Source: Spirochaetia bacterium (GTDB lineage: Bacteria > Spirochaetota > Spirochaetia > CADAEX01). From it: DNA of 64,000 nucleotides. A program made the translations under genes and the position numbers. How positions within the stretch are numbered: position 1 is the first letter of the stretch; every line of letters begins with the position of its first letter. Shown here piece after piece: positions 52,150 through 62,921 of this stretch. Location of the stretch: the NCBI GenBank assembly GCA_963662265.2, contig CAXXHA010000001.1, forward strand, positions 160,001 to 224,000, in the 5' to 3' direction. Below the pieces are notes generated by a model, which ran no database searches, was not told the origin of the DNA, and saw nothing but the letters and a program-made list of their open reading frames with translations.

Positions 52150-53383
52150 TTACCTGAGAAGCTTTAGCAATGCCTTAAGAAGAACCTGGCATCCTTTTTC
52201 TATATCTTTTTTCCTTGTATATTCCTCTTTACAGTGACTCCTGCCGTCTACTGAAGGGACAAATATCATACCAACAGGGATTTGCCTGGCCATAATTCCG
52301 CAGTCATGGTTTGAGCCGCTGACCATAACCTTATAATCAATCCCCTCCTCCTGTGCAGATTTCCTTACTGCTTCAACAATTTCCTCTGAGAGAGGAACCC
52401 CGTCAGCTTCTGTGAGTTTTACGATAGAACAGGAGAATCCTTCATCCTCATACTGCGCAAGCCGTCCCTTTATAACTTCAAGTATTTTACTCTGAATTTC
52501 TTTATTATTACTCCGTAAATCAAGTGTGAATTTCACAGATTCAGGAATTATGTTAGGCATGTTGGGAACACATAATAATCTTGCCGATGTTGCAACTGTT
52601 GTTTCATCCCCATATTTTCTGACAATTCCCGGAAGATCAGAAATTATTTTAGCCGATGCAACCATGGGATCTGTCCGGTGTTCCATGGCTGATGCTCCAC
52701 CATGGTTTGAAACACCTTTTATTTCTATCTCGAACCACTCAAGCTGTACAATTGCCTCAACAACCCCTACCGGTATTTTCCACCGGTCAAGGCGAGCTCC
52801 CTGTTCAATATGAAGTTCTATCAGTCCCTTGATTCTCGCAGGATCAATAATATCATTATGAACATTGTCTGGATTAAGTCCGAATGCTTTCAGCCTGTCA
52901 TACATGGACATGCCGCTGCTGTCTTTTTTTTCCTTCAGATCTTCGAGAGTGCATAATCCGGTAATTGCCTTGCTGCCGACAAGATTATATTTAAAAGTTA
53001 CACCTTCCTCTTCTGAAAAGATTATTATTTCATACGGGTTTGTTATTTCCAGACTGTTTTCAACAATAGTCTGGGGCGACTTCAAGAGCACAAACAACAC
53101 CGAGGACTCCATCGTAGTTTCCGCCGTTAACAACAGTATCAATATGGGAGCCGCACATGACTACTGGAAGGTCATTATCTCTGCCTGCAAGCCATCCCCG
53201 GATATTGCCGACAGAATCAACTGTAACAGTCATCCCCAGCTCCGTCATCTTTTCGGTCAGATAATCTCTCACTCCCCTGTCTTCATCTGTAAATGAAAAC
53301 CTGGAACATCCATTTCCAGGTGTAGTATTATATTCAGCTATTTTTTCAAGATGATTGATTACTCTGTTTATGTTGATTTTCAT
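52150..53383 (-). CDS. M20 Zn hydrolase, allantoate amidohydrolase / N-carbamoylase family (frameshift near 53075)
   Basis: GSHIDTVVNGGNYDGVLGV, then in the next frame FSEEEG, ELHIEQG, SNHGG, SGSNHD, FVPS..GRSH..EE. Confidence 0.9.
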
Positions 53384-53581
53384 TCCGGCTCCTGCAAGTA
53401 TTCAACTAATGTATAATTTATAATCAAACAATAACATATGATTCAGTAAATAGCATCAACTGTTTTACAGAAAGCAGAGGAATAGTTATTTTATAATTTC
53501 TTTGAAATAAATTTTAAAAAAATAATTTTTTTGTAATTAAATCCTTTGACTTTTTCCGGGACTAAAAGTTAAATATATATT

Positions 53582-55132
53582 GTGTTAGATAAAAGCGAAA
53601 AACTTAATAATAATGATTTTGAAAACTATATAAATGTATTTTCCCGCCCCCTCGTTACCTATGCTGAATATGCACTGACAGAAAATGATATCAGCAATGT
53701 CTTTAATACAATATTTCTGGGAAAATCACACTCTGTTTCATCGAGGCTGGAAGAAGTTCTGGATCATTACAATGCATTGAATAATATTCACTGGAGATCA
53801 TTCAGGGAGTATACAGCTGCAATTAAACTTTTTACAAATGCAGCATATATAACTCTGCATCTGAAGTCAGCATCTCCGAAGTATTTTTTATTAAACGGAA
53901 TTGATGTTTTTCTGAATGATACAGAAAAAGTCCTGGAAGTTTTTTATTCTGCACTGAAAAGCAGTTTTGATGATTTTATCAAATACTATAAAGATGCCGG
54001 TCTTGAACAGGGTAAAGAAACTGATCGTCAGTTTTCCTTTTTAATAACTCCTCCGCCCGGTATACTGGAAGCCAATGTTGTAAAAAGGCATATAAATACC
54101 CCTGAAGAAGTAATAGTAAACCTGGCTACATCATATTTAAATCTAGCAAGTGAAAGCAATATTCTCAATGATATTAAAAAAAACAGAAATAACAATCTTG
54201 AAAAACTGATCCCTGAAGTGATAAGCGAAAACAGAATCAGAATCCTGGAAACAAAATATCACAATCTTCAAAGCAAGTATGATACTTATATTGCCAATTC
54301 AGATATCGAAAATATAGATAAAGATCTGAAGATGATAAGGGGCCATGTTTCAATTGTTTATCATCTTCTGGAAGCATCCACCGACCTGATTCATTTTTAT
54401 GAAAGGCATATGATGAAACTGTCCGGGCTGAGTTCCAAATATTATACATCTCCTGTAAGCAGTAAAGAAATTCTCGAAATACTTATTGACTATTTCCTGA
54501 ATTACGCGAACCAGTTTCTGACATCAGGGGTAACTCTCTGCCGGGAAGTAATAAGGAAATATGCGGAAGAAGGTTCAATTACAGTACAGGTTCCGGAATA
54601 CAGGGGATTTCATGTCAGGCCTTCTACCCTGGTTGCCAAGATTATCCAGCATTACGGAAGTGAAGTTTATCTGGTCATGGATAACGAGAAGTATGATGCA
54701 GCCCACCCGATGGAACTGTTCTGTGTAAATGAAAAAATTAATGCAGAAAAAAGAAGAAATCTTTCCCAGGTAATCTGCAAACTCAACTCAATATCAGATC
54801 CTGAATGTGCTCATAATTTTGAAAGAGGGCTTAGAAATATTTTTTACGAACTTCTTGAGGAGAATAAAATAATCAACTACTCTCCGGAATTCGCTCTTCC
54901 TGATTTCAAGCCTGTTGATGAGGAAACACTTGGCGAATTTGCAAACAGGGTTATTGCCTTTCTGCTGGCCCAGGGGAAAATTGATTTGAAAACTGATCTG
55001 ACTGTCACATTCAAAGGAGATAAAAGAGTCCTTGCAGACCTGGAGCTTCTTGCGAAAAACGGTTACGGAGAGGACTGTTACGGCAACAACATCGTCCTTC
55101 CAAAAGAACTTTCATATATCAGAAGATCATAA
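53582..55132 (+). CDS. large protein with a C-terminal split HPr-like phosphocarrier domain
   Basis: ITVQVPEYRGFHVRPSTLVAKIIQHYGSEVYL...YDAAHPMELF, an insertion of about 95 aa, then LTVTFKGDKRVLADLELLAKNGYGE. About 330 aa of helical N-terminus. Confidence 0.8.
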   Translation: MLDKSEKLNNNDFENYINVFSRPLVTYAEYALTENDISNVFNTIFLGKSHSVSSRLEEVLDHYNALNNIHWRSFREYTAAIKLFTNAAYITLHLKSASPKYFLLNGIDVFLNDTEKVLEVFYSALKSSFDDFIKYYKDAGLEQGKETDRQFSFLITPPPGILEANVVKRHINTPEEVIVNLATSYLNLASESNILNDIKKNRNNNLEKLIPEVISENRIRILETKYHNLQSKYDTYIANSDIENIDKDLKMIRGHVSIVYHLLEASTDLIHFYERHMMKLSGLSSKYYTSPVSSKEILEILIDYFLNYANQFLTSGVTLCREVIRKYAEEGSITVQVPEYRGFHVRPSTLVAKIIQHYGSEVYLVMDNEKYDAAHPMELFCVNEKINAEKRRNLSQVICKLNSISDPECAHNFERGLRNIFYELLEENKIINYSPEFALPDFKPVDEETLGEFANRVIAFLLAQGKIDLKTDLTVTFKGDKRVLADLELLAKNGYGEDCYGNNIVLPKELSYIRRS

Positions 55133-55214
55133 ATCCTCACAATATTATTTCAATCAGCCGCCCTGTTTTAAACATGGATATGGATAAGGAATTGCATCAC
55201 AGAAAATAATTCTG

Positions 55215-56279
55215 TCAGTCCTGATATTTTTCATGAATGTCTTCAAATAATCCGATATTATCCACCATTATCTGAGCTATAACAGGATCAAATGAAGTTC
55301 CGGAGGATTCTTTTAATATCCCGCAGGTCTCTTCTCTTGAAAATGGGGGTTTATAGACCCTCTTTGACCTCAGGGCATCATATACATCTGCGCATGACAT
55401 AATCCTGGCCTCAACAGGTATGTCTTCCCCTGAGATTTTCATCGGATAACCTGTACCGTCCCATTTTTCATGATGATACAGGCAAATCCTCTTTGCCATT
55501 CTGAAAAGATCTGTATCGCACTGTTCAAGGACCTTGTCAAAAGCACCGGCACCTGCTGTTGTATGAGTCTTCATTATCTCATATTCATCCGGAGTAAGCT
55601 TTCCCGGTTTGAGAAGAATCTTGTCAGGAACAGCTATTTTCCCGACATCGTGGAGAGGAGAAACATGATAAATACTTTCAATAAAACTGTGGGAAATAAT
55701 GCTTCTGAATTTAGGGTGACGGGAAAGCATATCTGCAAGAGTTACACAGTATCTTCTTGTCCGCTCAAGGTGTGCCCCTGTTTCAGGATCCCTGGAATCT
55801 GTAAGATCAGCTATGGCAAACATAAGAGCCCTGTAGGCTCCCAGAAGTTCATCAGATGTTTTCTGGGTCATTGCGGAAAACCGTCTGGTCATAAATTTCG
55901 CAACCTGCTGAGCAAATAACGGGTCCTGATCAAGAAGGATATCGAAGCTTCCGCTGTCAAGCTGAAGACATTCAGTCTTTTCAAGAGCTTTCACAGTTGC
56001 AGATCTTGTTTCTTCTGTCAGAAGAGCCATTTCACCGAATACTTCTGGCGATTCCATTCTGCTGAGTTCCCTTTCGCCCCAGCCGATATCCCTCAAAACA
56101 GCAACTTTACCGCTGAGAATAACAAACATACTGTCACCGGCATCACCTTCCCTGCATATTATATGTCCTTCATTAAAAGTTACTTTCCTGAAATGTCGGC
56201 TTATCAGTTCAATTGAATCTTTTTTAACATGTGAGAACAAATCGCTTTTTTCAAGGACAGTATTTAAGTCAATATCCAT
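55215..56279 (-). CDS. cyclic-nucleotide-binding domain + HD-GYP phosphodiesterase
   Basis: Start MDIDL (AAGGAG RBS). EGDAGDSMFVI.SG, FGEMAL...RSATV; RDPETGAH, LHDVGK, HHEKWDGTGYP, ADVYDAL..KR.YK. Confidence 0.92.
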   Translation of the reverse strand: MDIDLNTVLEKSDLFSHVKKDSIELISRHFRKVTFNEGHIICREGDAGDSMFVILSGKVAVLRDIGWGERELSRMESPEVFGEMALLTEETRSATVKALEKTECLQLDSGSFDILLDQDPLFAQQVAKFMTRRFSAMTQKTSDELLGAYRALMFAIADLTDSRDPETGAHLERTRRYCVTLADMLSRHPKFRSIISHSFIESIYHVSPLHDVGKIAVPDKILLKPGKLTPDEYEIMKTHTTAGAGAFDKVLEQCDTDLFRMAKRICLYHHEKWDGTGYPMKISGEDIPVEARIMSCADVYDALRSKRVYKPPFSREETCGILKESSGTSFDPVIAQIMVDNIGLFEDIHEKYQD

Positions 56280-56433
56280 TTTGCAATTCTCCTTTACGGA
56301 ATCATAATTAGTATAGTACATAACATTGCTTAAAACAGAAAAATAATATCAGGAGATGTTAAAATATTTTTAATACAGAACTTTTTATGTTGAAAATTGC
56401 TTTATCCGGTTGGGAAAAGTATATCAGAATTTA

Positions 56434-57108
56434 TCATCTGACCAGTTTATATATATACTGGGGGCGGCCAACATGTCCCCTTATTATACGCGATTCAACA
56501 ATTCCCTCCTGGGACAGAAACCGCATATAATTCCGGAGAGCGACTTTACTCATATCAATATTTTCCAGAAGCTGATCTACGGTAAAATCATCTTCCATTT
56601 TTTCAAGTACTTCCAGAATACTGTTCAGAGTAAGCTGATTTATACCTTTCGGAAGCATATTGTTGAACGACGAATCATTTGAGCTGTTTATAATTTTATC
56701 TATTTCATACTGGTTGACTGATCTTTTTTTGCTTAAAAAATTATACCGCATTTTATAGTTCTGCATGGTGCAGAAGAATCTTTCATAACTGAACGGTTTC
56801 ACAATATAATCCACAGCTCCGTATTTTAGCGCATTTCTTACAGCATCTGTTTCGTTCAAAGCTGTAACAAATATTATATCTGTATAATTCTGCCTGTTTC
56901 TTAATGTTTCAACAAAGGTCAGCCCATCCATGACCGGCATGATAATATCAACAAGAATAAGGTCAACAGATGCTGTTTCAAGAAAATCCAGAGCCTCGGC
57001 ACCATTTCCGCATTCACCGATTACAGAGAATCCCTCTATCTTGTTATAAAAAGCCTTAATTACATTAATAGCGGTTAAATTGTCTTCGACTAATAGAACA
57101 TTTATCAT
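56434..57108 (-). CDS. CitB/DcuR-family response regulator (no adjacent kinase)
   Basis: VED, DLILVD, FVTA, DYIVKPF..ERF, LPKGI..LTL, G.VGRP..IY motifs. Confidence 0.9.
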   Translation of the reverse strand: MINVLLVEDNLTAINVIKAFYNKIEGFSVIGECGNGAEALDFLETASVDLILVDIIMPVMDGLTFVETLRNRQNYTDIIFVTALNETDAVRNALKYGAVDYIVKPFSYERFFCTMQNYKMRYNFLSKKRSVNQYEIDKIINSSNDSSFNNMLPKGINQLTLNSILEVLEKMEDDFTVDQLLENIDMSKVALRNYMRFLSQEGIVESRIIRGHVGRPQYIYKLVR

Positions 57109-57128
57109 AAATTAACTTTATTGAATTA

Positions 57129-57974
57129 CTACATTTTCTTAAGAAGATTTTCAAGAGTTTTCTGTGTAGAAAGCAGCGCGTTGGATACAGAATATGTATC
57201 TTTAAGAAAATCAAGGGCATTTGTCATTTCATTGAGTCCTTCTTCAATTGCAAGTGACTGCTCTTTAACAGATGAATTGATTGATGTGAGATTACTTCCC
57301 ACAGTTCGACCTATTTCCGAGTTATTGTCAAAAACATCCTGGAATTTTTCCATATCCTTTTTCAGTGAATTGAATATTTTGACAAAGCCTTTCATCTGGT
57401 TGTTTATACCGTCAATGACAAGACTGAAATTCTTTATTGTACCGGATATCTCCTGTGCAAAAGTACCTGTCATTTCTGAAAGTTTTTTCACTTCCTGGGC
57501 AATCACCCTGAATCCGGCCCCTTCATTTCCTATTCTTGCAGCTTCAATAGAAGCGTTTATTGACAGAATATTTGTAAGCTCTGCAACTTCTTCTATCTTT
57601 GAAGTAATATCAAAAACATCTGTAGAATCCTTTTTAAGGCTTTCAAATTTCTTATCAATTTCCGAAACTCTTTCATCAGCGCTTTTAAGCTCCTCAACCC
57701 TTTCAGAAACAGTCTCCTTCATGGAAAATGTGTTTTCAAGGTATGAATCCATAGAACTGTTTATTTTTTCAGTAAAATCAACAGTGCTGTTGCTTGTTGC
57801 TCTTATCTCCTCAAATGCAGCAACTATAGATTCTATGGACTTCTGAGAATTGGCAATACTCTCCTCAATAATTTTCAGTGAACTCTGGTTTATTGAAGAC
57901 TGGACTACAGCCTGGTTAAATCCACCTGATAATTTCCTGATAGCTGTTTCATAATATTTATTTTGGTTTTCCAT
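57129..57974 (-). CDS. soluble methyl-accepting chemotaxis protein
   Basis: No TM helix. IEEVAELTNILSINASIEAARIGNEGAGFRVIAQEVKKL. Confidence 0.9.
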   Translation of the reverse strand: MENQNKYYETAIRKLSGGFNQAVVQSSINQSSLKIIEESIANSQKSIESIVAAFEEIRATSNSTVDFTEKINSSMDSYLENTFSMKETVSERVEELKSADERVSEIDKKFESLKKDSTDVFDITSKIEEVAELTNILSINASIEAARIGNEGAGFRVIAQEVKKLSEMTGTFAQEISGTIKNFSLVIDGINNQMKGFVKIFNSLKKDMEKFQDVFDNNSEIGRTVGSNLTSINSSVKEQSLAIEEGLNEMTNALDFLKDTYSVSNALLSTQKTLENLLKKM

Positions 57975-57988
57975 ATCATTTTTTCCTG

Positions 57989-58762
57989 TTACCTGTATAT
58001 CTCATCGATAATATCCATTCCGCACTTTAAACCGGAAAACCAGCTCAGGAATTTCTCGACATTCTCACCCCTGAAAATTGAACCATGCTGAGGAGCTATC
58101 ATATCAGTATTTAATGCTCTCACATGGCTGGCCCAGAGCCGTGCGGCTTTTTCAGACCCCATATAGCGGCGGTGGAACGCTTCTATCAGAGGTATATGTT
58201 TTTCAAAATCTTCAACAACAAGGTATTCGAAATTACTGTCAAAAACAGCAGCACCGATGTCACCGGAAAAAAGGATTCCTGATGCTGTATCGAAAAATGA
58301 ATAACATCCTGCTGAATGAAGAAAATGGGCAGGAACAAATCTCACAGCAGAACCTGAAGAGAGAGGTACTTCAGGCATTTTCTTTTCAATAGGCTTGATT
58401 CTTTTATAATCTACAATGCCGAAATGAGGCAGGAATCTGATCCACAATTCAGAAATATATATATCAGCGTCTGTTATCCCCATCCATAAAGCTATACCGG
58501 ATGATACATCCGGGTCCTGATGAGAATATAAAACAGTTGTGATATCATTAAGATCAATATATCTGCTTACGACTGCAACGACACGTGCAAACAGGTGTAC
58601 ACCGCCCGGATCCAGAAGGATACCCTTTCCATTATTTATAATAAGATACTGGTTGGCCTGAATTATTCCTTTTTCCTCTTCGGAATCAATTCCCAGCCAT
58701 ATCACCTTGTGCGTATCTGAACTATAAAGCAGTTTTCCTTCCCGGTCCTTTTCAGTCAGCAT
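57989..58762 (-). CDS. ODP, oxygen-binding di-iron protein (MBL / FprA-like fold)
   Basis: IQANQYLI, LLDPGG, SHQDPD, W.RFLPH, PAHFLHS.G, LFSGDIG, FH.RYM, IAPQHG. No flavodoxin domain; directly precedes a soluble MCP. Confidence 0.88.
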   Translation of the reverse strand: MLTEKDREGKLLYSSDTHKVIWLGIDSEEEKGIIQANQYLIINNGKGILLDPGGVHLFARVVAVVSRYIDLNDITTVLYSHQDPDVSSGIALWMGITDADIYISELWIRFLPHFGIVDYKRIKPIEKKMPEVPLSSGSAVRFVPAHFLHSAGCYSFFDTASGILFSGDIGAAVFDSNFEYLVVEDFEKHIPLIEAFHRRYMGSEKAARLWASHVRALNTDMIAPQHGSIFRGENVEKFLSWFSGLKCGMDIIDEIYR

Positions 58763-58942
58763 TTTCAATCTCCCTTTTCAAGCAATATATAATATATAGT
58801 AATTTATTAGCAGAGAATAAGAAAGAAAATTTATAATATTTTTTACATCAGCATTAATTAACACAGAGGGAATCAGATTTTATCTGACAATAGCATGAGA
58901 AGAAAAAGTTTTTATTCAACACCTGATATGAGGATGAAAAAG

Positions 58943-58969
58943 CCCGATTTCCTGAAACAGGAAATCAGG
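58943..58969 (-). terminator. intrinsic terminator after the MCP gene
   Basis: GATTTCCTG-AAA-CAGGAAATC stem with a U tract on the minus strand. Confidence 0.65.
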
Positions 58970-59025
58970 TATAATTATATTTTATATGAAACAACAGGGA
59001 ACAGGAATTTTCAATACTTACAAGT

Positions 59026-61026
59026 TCAGAATTCCCTGTAAGAATCATATGAGTCATTATTGTCCTTTAAAACAATATTGTCATGAATAACAGAAGTTTT
59101 CACACGCTGCTTATGGGATACTTTACTATCAGGATGTTTTTCTTCAGAACGGTTTCCCTTAATATGTTTCCTGCTTTTACCCGGGAATTTAATAATCCGC
59201 TGCTTATAAACCTTTCCCCTGTTATCTGAAGATGAATAATCACTGCTGCCCAGTTTGAAAAACCGCATAGACTCCTGCATCCGCGCTGCCTGGCTGGCAA
59301 GTTCCTCTGCCATTGCTGCAGACTCTTCCGAAGCAGCGGCATTCTGCTGAATTACGCGGTCAAGCTGCAGAATCGCATCATTTATCTGAAGTATTCCCGA
59401 ATGCTGCTCTTCGCTTGAAGAGCTTATTTCATGAACAAGTTCTGAAGTTCTTATAATATCAGGTATTATCTTTTCTATTGTAGATCCTGCCTTGTCAGCA
59501 ATTTCAAGGCTGGCTGTTGCAAGATCATTGATTTCGCCTGATGCCTTCTGGCTGTTTTCAGCAAGTTTTCTTACTTCGCTTGCCACAACAGCAAACCCCT
59601 TACCCTGCTCACCGGCACGGGCAGCCTCTATAGCTGCATTGAGAGCAAGCAGATTTGTATTACGAGAAATCTGCTCGACAAGATTTATCTTTTCCGCAAT
59701 TTTCTTCATCGCTTCGACAGTCTGTCTAACAGCTTCTCCGCCTGATGCAGCTTCATCAGAGGATTTTCTTGCTATATCCCTGGTCTGCATTGCGCTTGCC
59801 GCGCTCTGTTTGACATTGGCGCTCATCTGTTCCATCGATGAAGATATTTCCTCGCCTGAAGATGCCTGTTCTGTCGCACCCTGGGACATTTTCTGGGCTG
59901 AACTGCTCAGCTGGTCAGAGCCTGAAGCAACATTCTGTGATGCTGCCATTATATCCATTACAATACTCTTGAGATGTTCCTTCATATTATTCAGTGCATT
60001 TGCAAGATCCCCCACTTCATCCTTCTTCCTCAAAAAAGAAGCTTCAGATGATACTGAAAGATCACCTTCAGATACAGCTCCTGCAAATTTAACTGCAAGC
60101 TTCAGAGGTCTCACAACTGACCGGACAATGAAAAAAACAACAAGTGAAATCAGTGCAATACATAATATTGTAATTATAATACTGATTCTTGCGATCTTCC
60201 TGACACCGGAATATACATCTGCATCATTCGCAGTAATGACAATTGTCCATTTATGCCTGTTGCCTGTCCTGAACCCTGCAGCTTTCCTGACTCCGTTGAA
60301 TATATATCTTGTGTACCCGTTTTTTTCATTCATTATATATTTTCCGAAATCATACCCTGCAAAATTCTCTGAAAGTATTTTTGATTTGTCGGGATGTGAT
60401 ATAACATCTCCATCATTATCAATTACATATGCATAACCGTTTTTACCGACTTTAACAGGATCTATAAAAGTTCCATTGAAATCACTGATATCAATTGTTG
60501 CTCCGAATACCCCGCTGATGCTTCCTCCTGAAAAAACAGGTGTTGCAATTACAATTACAGGTTTTCCGCTTGCCTTGCTGATAATAGCATCCGAAAAGCA
60601 TGTATCACCTTTTTTAGCCTTGCTACAGTACTCCCTGTCTGAAACATTTATTGCACCGACAGCTGATTCAACATTTGATGCAATAAGATCCCCTTCAGTA
60701 TCTGTAATAAAAAGCATTTCAAACTGCGGAGCCCTGGAGATAATTTCAGAAAGTTTTCTGTTCGCATTGCTGAATCTGTCAGGATTATTTCCGGAAAAAA
60801 GAGTACTGAAATCGCTGTCCCCGGAAAGGAGAACAACCTCTCTTTCTGCTGCCAGAAAATATTCATCCATACTGATAATAAGGGAATCAGCAATACTGAA
60901 TATTTCGCTTTCTGTTTTCTGTTCAATCTCTGTCTTTGAAAAATTATAAAGTACAGATGACAGAGATATCATACCTGTAAGAATTGTTAAAATTACAGGC
61001 AATAAAAATTTACTTTGTAATTTCAT
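59026..61026 (-). CDS. methyl-accepting chemotaxis protein (dCache-HAMP-MA)
   Basis: Two TM helices, [55 protein letters not shown]. Confidence 0.95.
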   Translation of the reverse strand: MKLQSKFLLPVILTILTGMISLSSVLYNFSKTEIEQKTESEIFSIADSLIISMDEYFLAAEREVVLLSGDSDFSTLFSGNNPDRFSNANRKLSEIISRAPQFEMLFITDTEGDLIASNVESAVGAINVSDREYCSKAKKGDTCFSDAIISKASGKPVIVIATPVFSGGSISGVFGATIDISDFNGTFIDPVKVGKNGYAYVIDNDGDVISHPDKSKILSENFAGYDFGKYIMNEKNGYTRYIFNGVRKAAGFRTGNRHKWTIVITANDADVYSGVRKIARISIIITILCIALISLVVFFIVRSVVRPLKLAVKFAGAVSEGDLSVSSEASFLRKKDEVGDLANALNNMKEHLKSIVMDIMAASQNVASGSDQLSSSAQKMSQGATEQASSGEEISSSMEQMSANVKQSAASAMQTRDIARKSSDEAASGGEAVRQTVEAMKKIAEKINLVEQISRNTNLLALNAAIEAARAGEQGKGFAVVASEVRKLAENSQKASGEINDLATASLEIADKAGSTIEKIIPDIIRTSELVHEISSSSEEQHSGILQINDAILQLDRVIQQNAAASEESAAMAEELASQAARMQESMRFFKLGSSDYSSSDNRGKVYKQRIIKFPGKSRKHIKGNRSEEKHPDSKVSHKQRVKTSVIHDNIVLKDNNDSYDSYREF

Positions 61027-61576
61027 GATACCTCCCCCAGAAAAACATATATCAAACCAGGTGCACAGAAAATCGACCGGGTATATTTTTCAGGATATTC
61101 AGATTTAGTGAAAGATAATGAGAAACCTGATGAATATATAAATCAATTATTGAAAAGAAAATCAGAAGTGAAATATTGTACCGGGTTAAAATAAAAAACA
61201 ACCGAAAATTATATACATTAAACCGGTTCTCTAAAAACAGGAGAGGCTTACACCTTTTACAAAAAAAAGAATTTTTTCTTTCTGAAAATAGTTTACATTT
61301 AATAATCATTTTTCCAATATTTTACTCTTTTTTCTTTATACCATTACTGAAAATTAACTTTTATAATCATGAGGTCCCTTGCAGGATCATAAATGATTTA
61401 AATAATAAAACTGCTATTAATGTTAGTTTGGACGTTTGATGAATGCAAGATTTTTTGAATATTTTTATATCTTTTTTTAAACATTTTCATGTAAAACGTA
61501 CATAAATAAATAAGGGTTATTAACTTCTTTTTAAAATGAATTTTTATAATTCAAAAAGACAATAGATAATTTTAAT

Positions 61577-62656
61577 TTATAAATTCTTTGCCCTTATTTC
61601 CTTAAACTTATCTTCAACAGAAATAAAACATTCCACAATTTCTGGATCAAATGAGCTTCCCGCGGACTGTGTAATTATTTCAACCGCTTCTTTATGATCA
61701 AATGCAATCTTGTAGGACCTTTCGCTGACAAGTGCATCGTAAACATCACACAGTGAAACAATTCTTCCGGACAAAGGTATTCTTTCCCCTTTCAGACCGT
61801 TAGGATATCCTGTTCCGTCCCATTTCTCATGATGTGTAAGTGCGATTTCCCTCCCCATGGCAAGAAAATCCTTCTTTCCCTTATGAGCTATCAGAGCTTC
61901 AGATGCTATAATTGTATGCTGCTTTATTACCTCATATTCACCAGATGTAAGCGAACCGTTTTTATTTATTATTACATCAGATATTCCAATTTTTCCTATA
62001 TCATGGAGAACCGAAGAAATAGCCATATCCTCGATATAATCATCTGTGAGCCGTCTGTCCCTTTCAAAAAATCTCTCTTTATATTCTGCAGCAAGAATTC
62101 TTGTGTACTGCTCAACCCTTTCAAGATGCTTTCCGGTAGTTGAGTCTCTTAATTCAACCAGCTTTGCCAGATGATAAATTGTATTCCTGCTGTCCACTTT
62201 TATTTCCTTTATTAAATTAAACAATGTTTCTATATAGTATTCCCGGTTTTCGAGAGCTGTAATTACTTCAGACTTGTCTGAAATAATTACAATATAAGAC
62301 TGCTTGTCTAATCCCGGAATAGTAATAATTTTATATTCAAAGTATTTTTCATGAGGAAGATTATTTGAATCTACAACTACAGTTTTAATGGCATTTACTA
62401 CAACATCCTTTTTGGGATTCAGATATTCTGTTAAATGAACTCCGTTGTCTGTATCAAATACATCATTTATATTCAGAACTTCATTCTGGTTGGGATCTAT
62501 ATTGAAAATTCTGATAAATGCCGGATTATATGAAATGACATTTCCTGACTGATCGACTTCAATCACTGCATTCATGCTGGATTCAATAATTGCTTCCATT
62601 TTGCCGCATGCTAGACAAAGTTTTTCGATTGTTGAAAGGACCTGAATTATATCCAT
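61577..62656 (-). CDS. PAS + HD-GYP phosphodiesterase
   Basis: PAS IIESSMNAVIEVD..G....NPAF; RDSTTGKH, LHDIGK, HHEKWDGTGYP, DVYDAL...R.YK. Confidence 0.92.
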   Translation of the reverse strand: MDIIQVLSTIEKLCLACGKMEAIIESSMNAVIEVDQSGNVISYNPAFIRIFNIDPNQNEVLNINDVFDTDNGVHLTEYLNPKKDVVVNAIKTVVVDSNNLPHEKYFEYKIITIPGLDKQSYIVIISDKSEVITALENREYYIETLFNLIKEIKVDSRNTIYHLAKLVELRDSTTGKHLERVEQYTRILAAEYKERFFERDRRLTDDYIEDMAISSVLHDIGKIGISDVIINKNGSLTSGEYEVIKQHTIIASEALIAHKGKKDFLAMGREIALTHHEKWDGTGYPNGLKGERIPLSGRIVSLCDVYDALVSERSYKIAFDHKEAVEIITQSAGSSFDPEIVECFISVEDKFKEIRAKNL

Positions 62657-62846
62657 TTTTCACTCCACATACAATAATTGAAAATTGCGATTATTATACC
62701 ACATAACTAAAAAGAATCTATTCGATTAATATCAGCAGATAATTACATATATCATACACAGCATAGTAATTATAGTTTATCAGAGAACTGTTTTCACTAA
62801 AACATCTTAATATTGTTACTTTTTTTGTAGAATCCTGCTTAAATTA

Positions 62847-62875
62847 TTGACAAAGTCACACCACCTCTATATAGT
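62847..62875 (+). promoter_or_regulatory. sigma70-type promoter
   Basis: TTGACA-N17-TATAGT, 46 nt upstream of ATG 62922. Confidence 0.65.
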
Positions 62876-62921
62876 ATTTTTCTTATATAGCATAATTCAC
62901 TATACATGGAGGATTCCCTTA

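Noticed and set aside
59492-60949. Long + strand ORFs (314 aa and 157 aa), also 57121-57846 and 18051-18416
   Set aside because: They are antisense shadows of MCP genes, are Ser/Ala-rich, and have no motifs.
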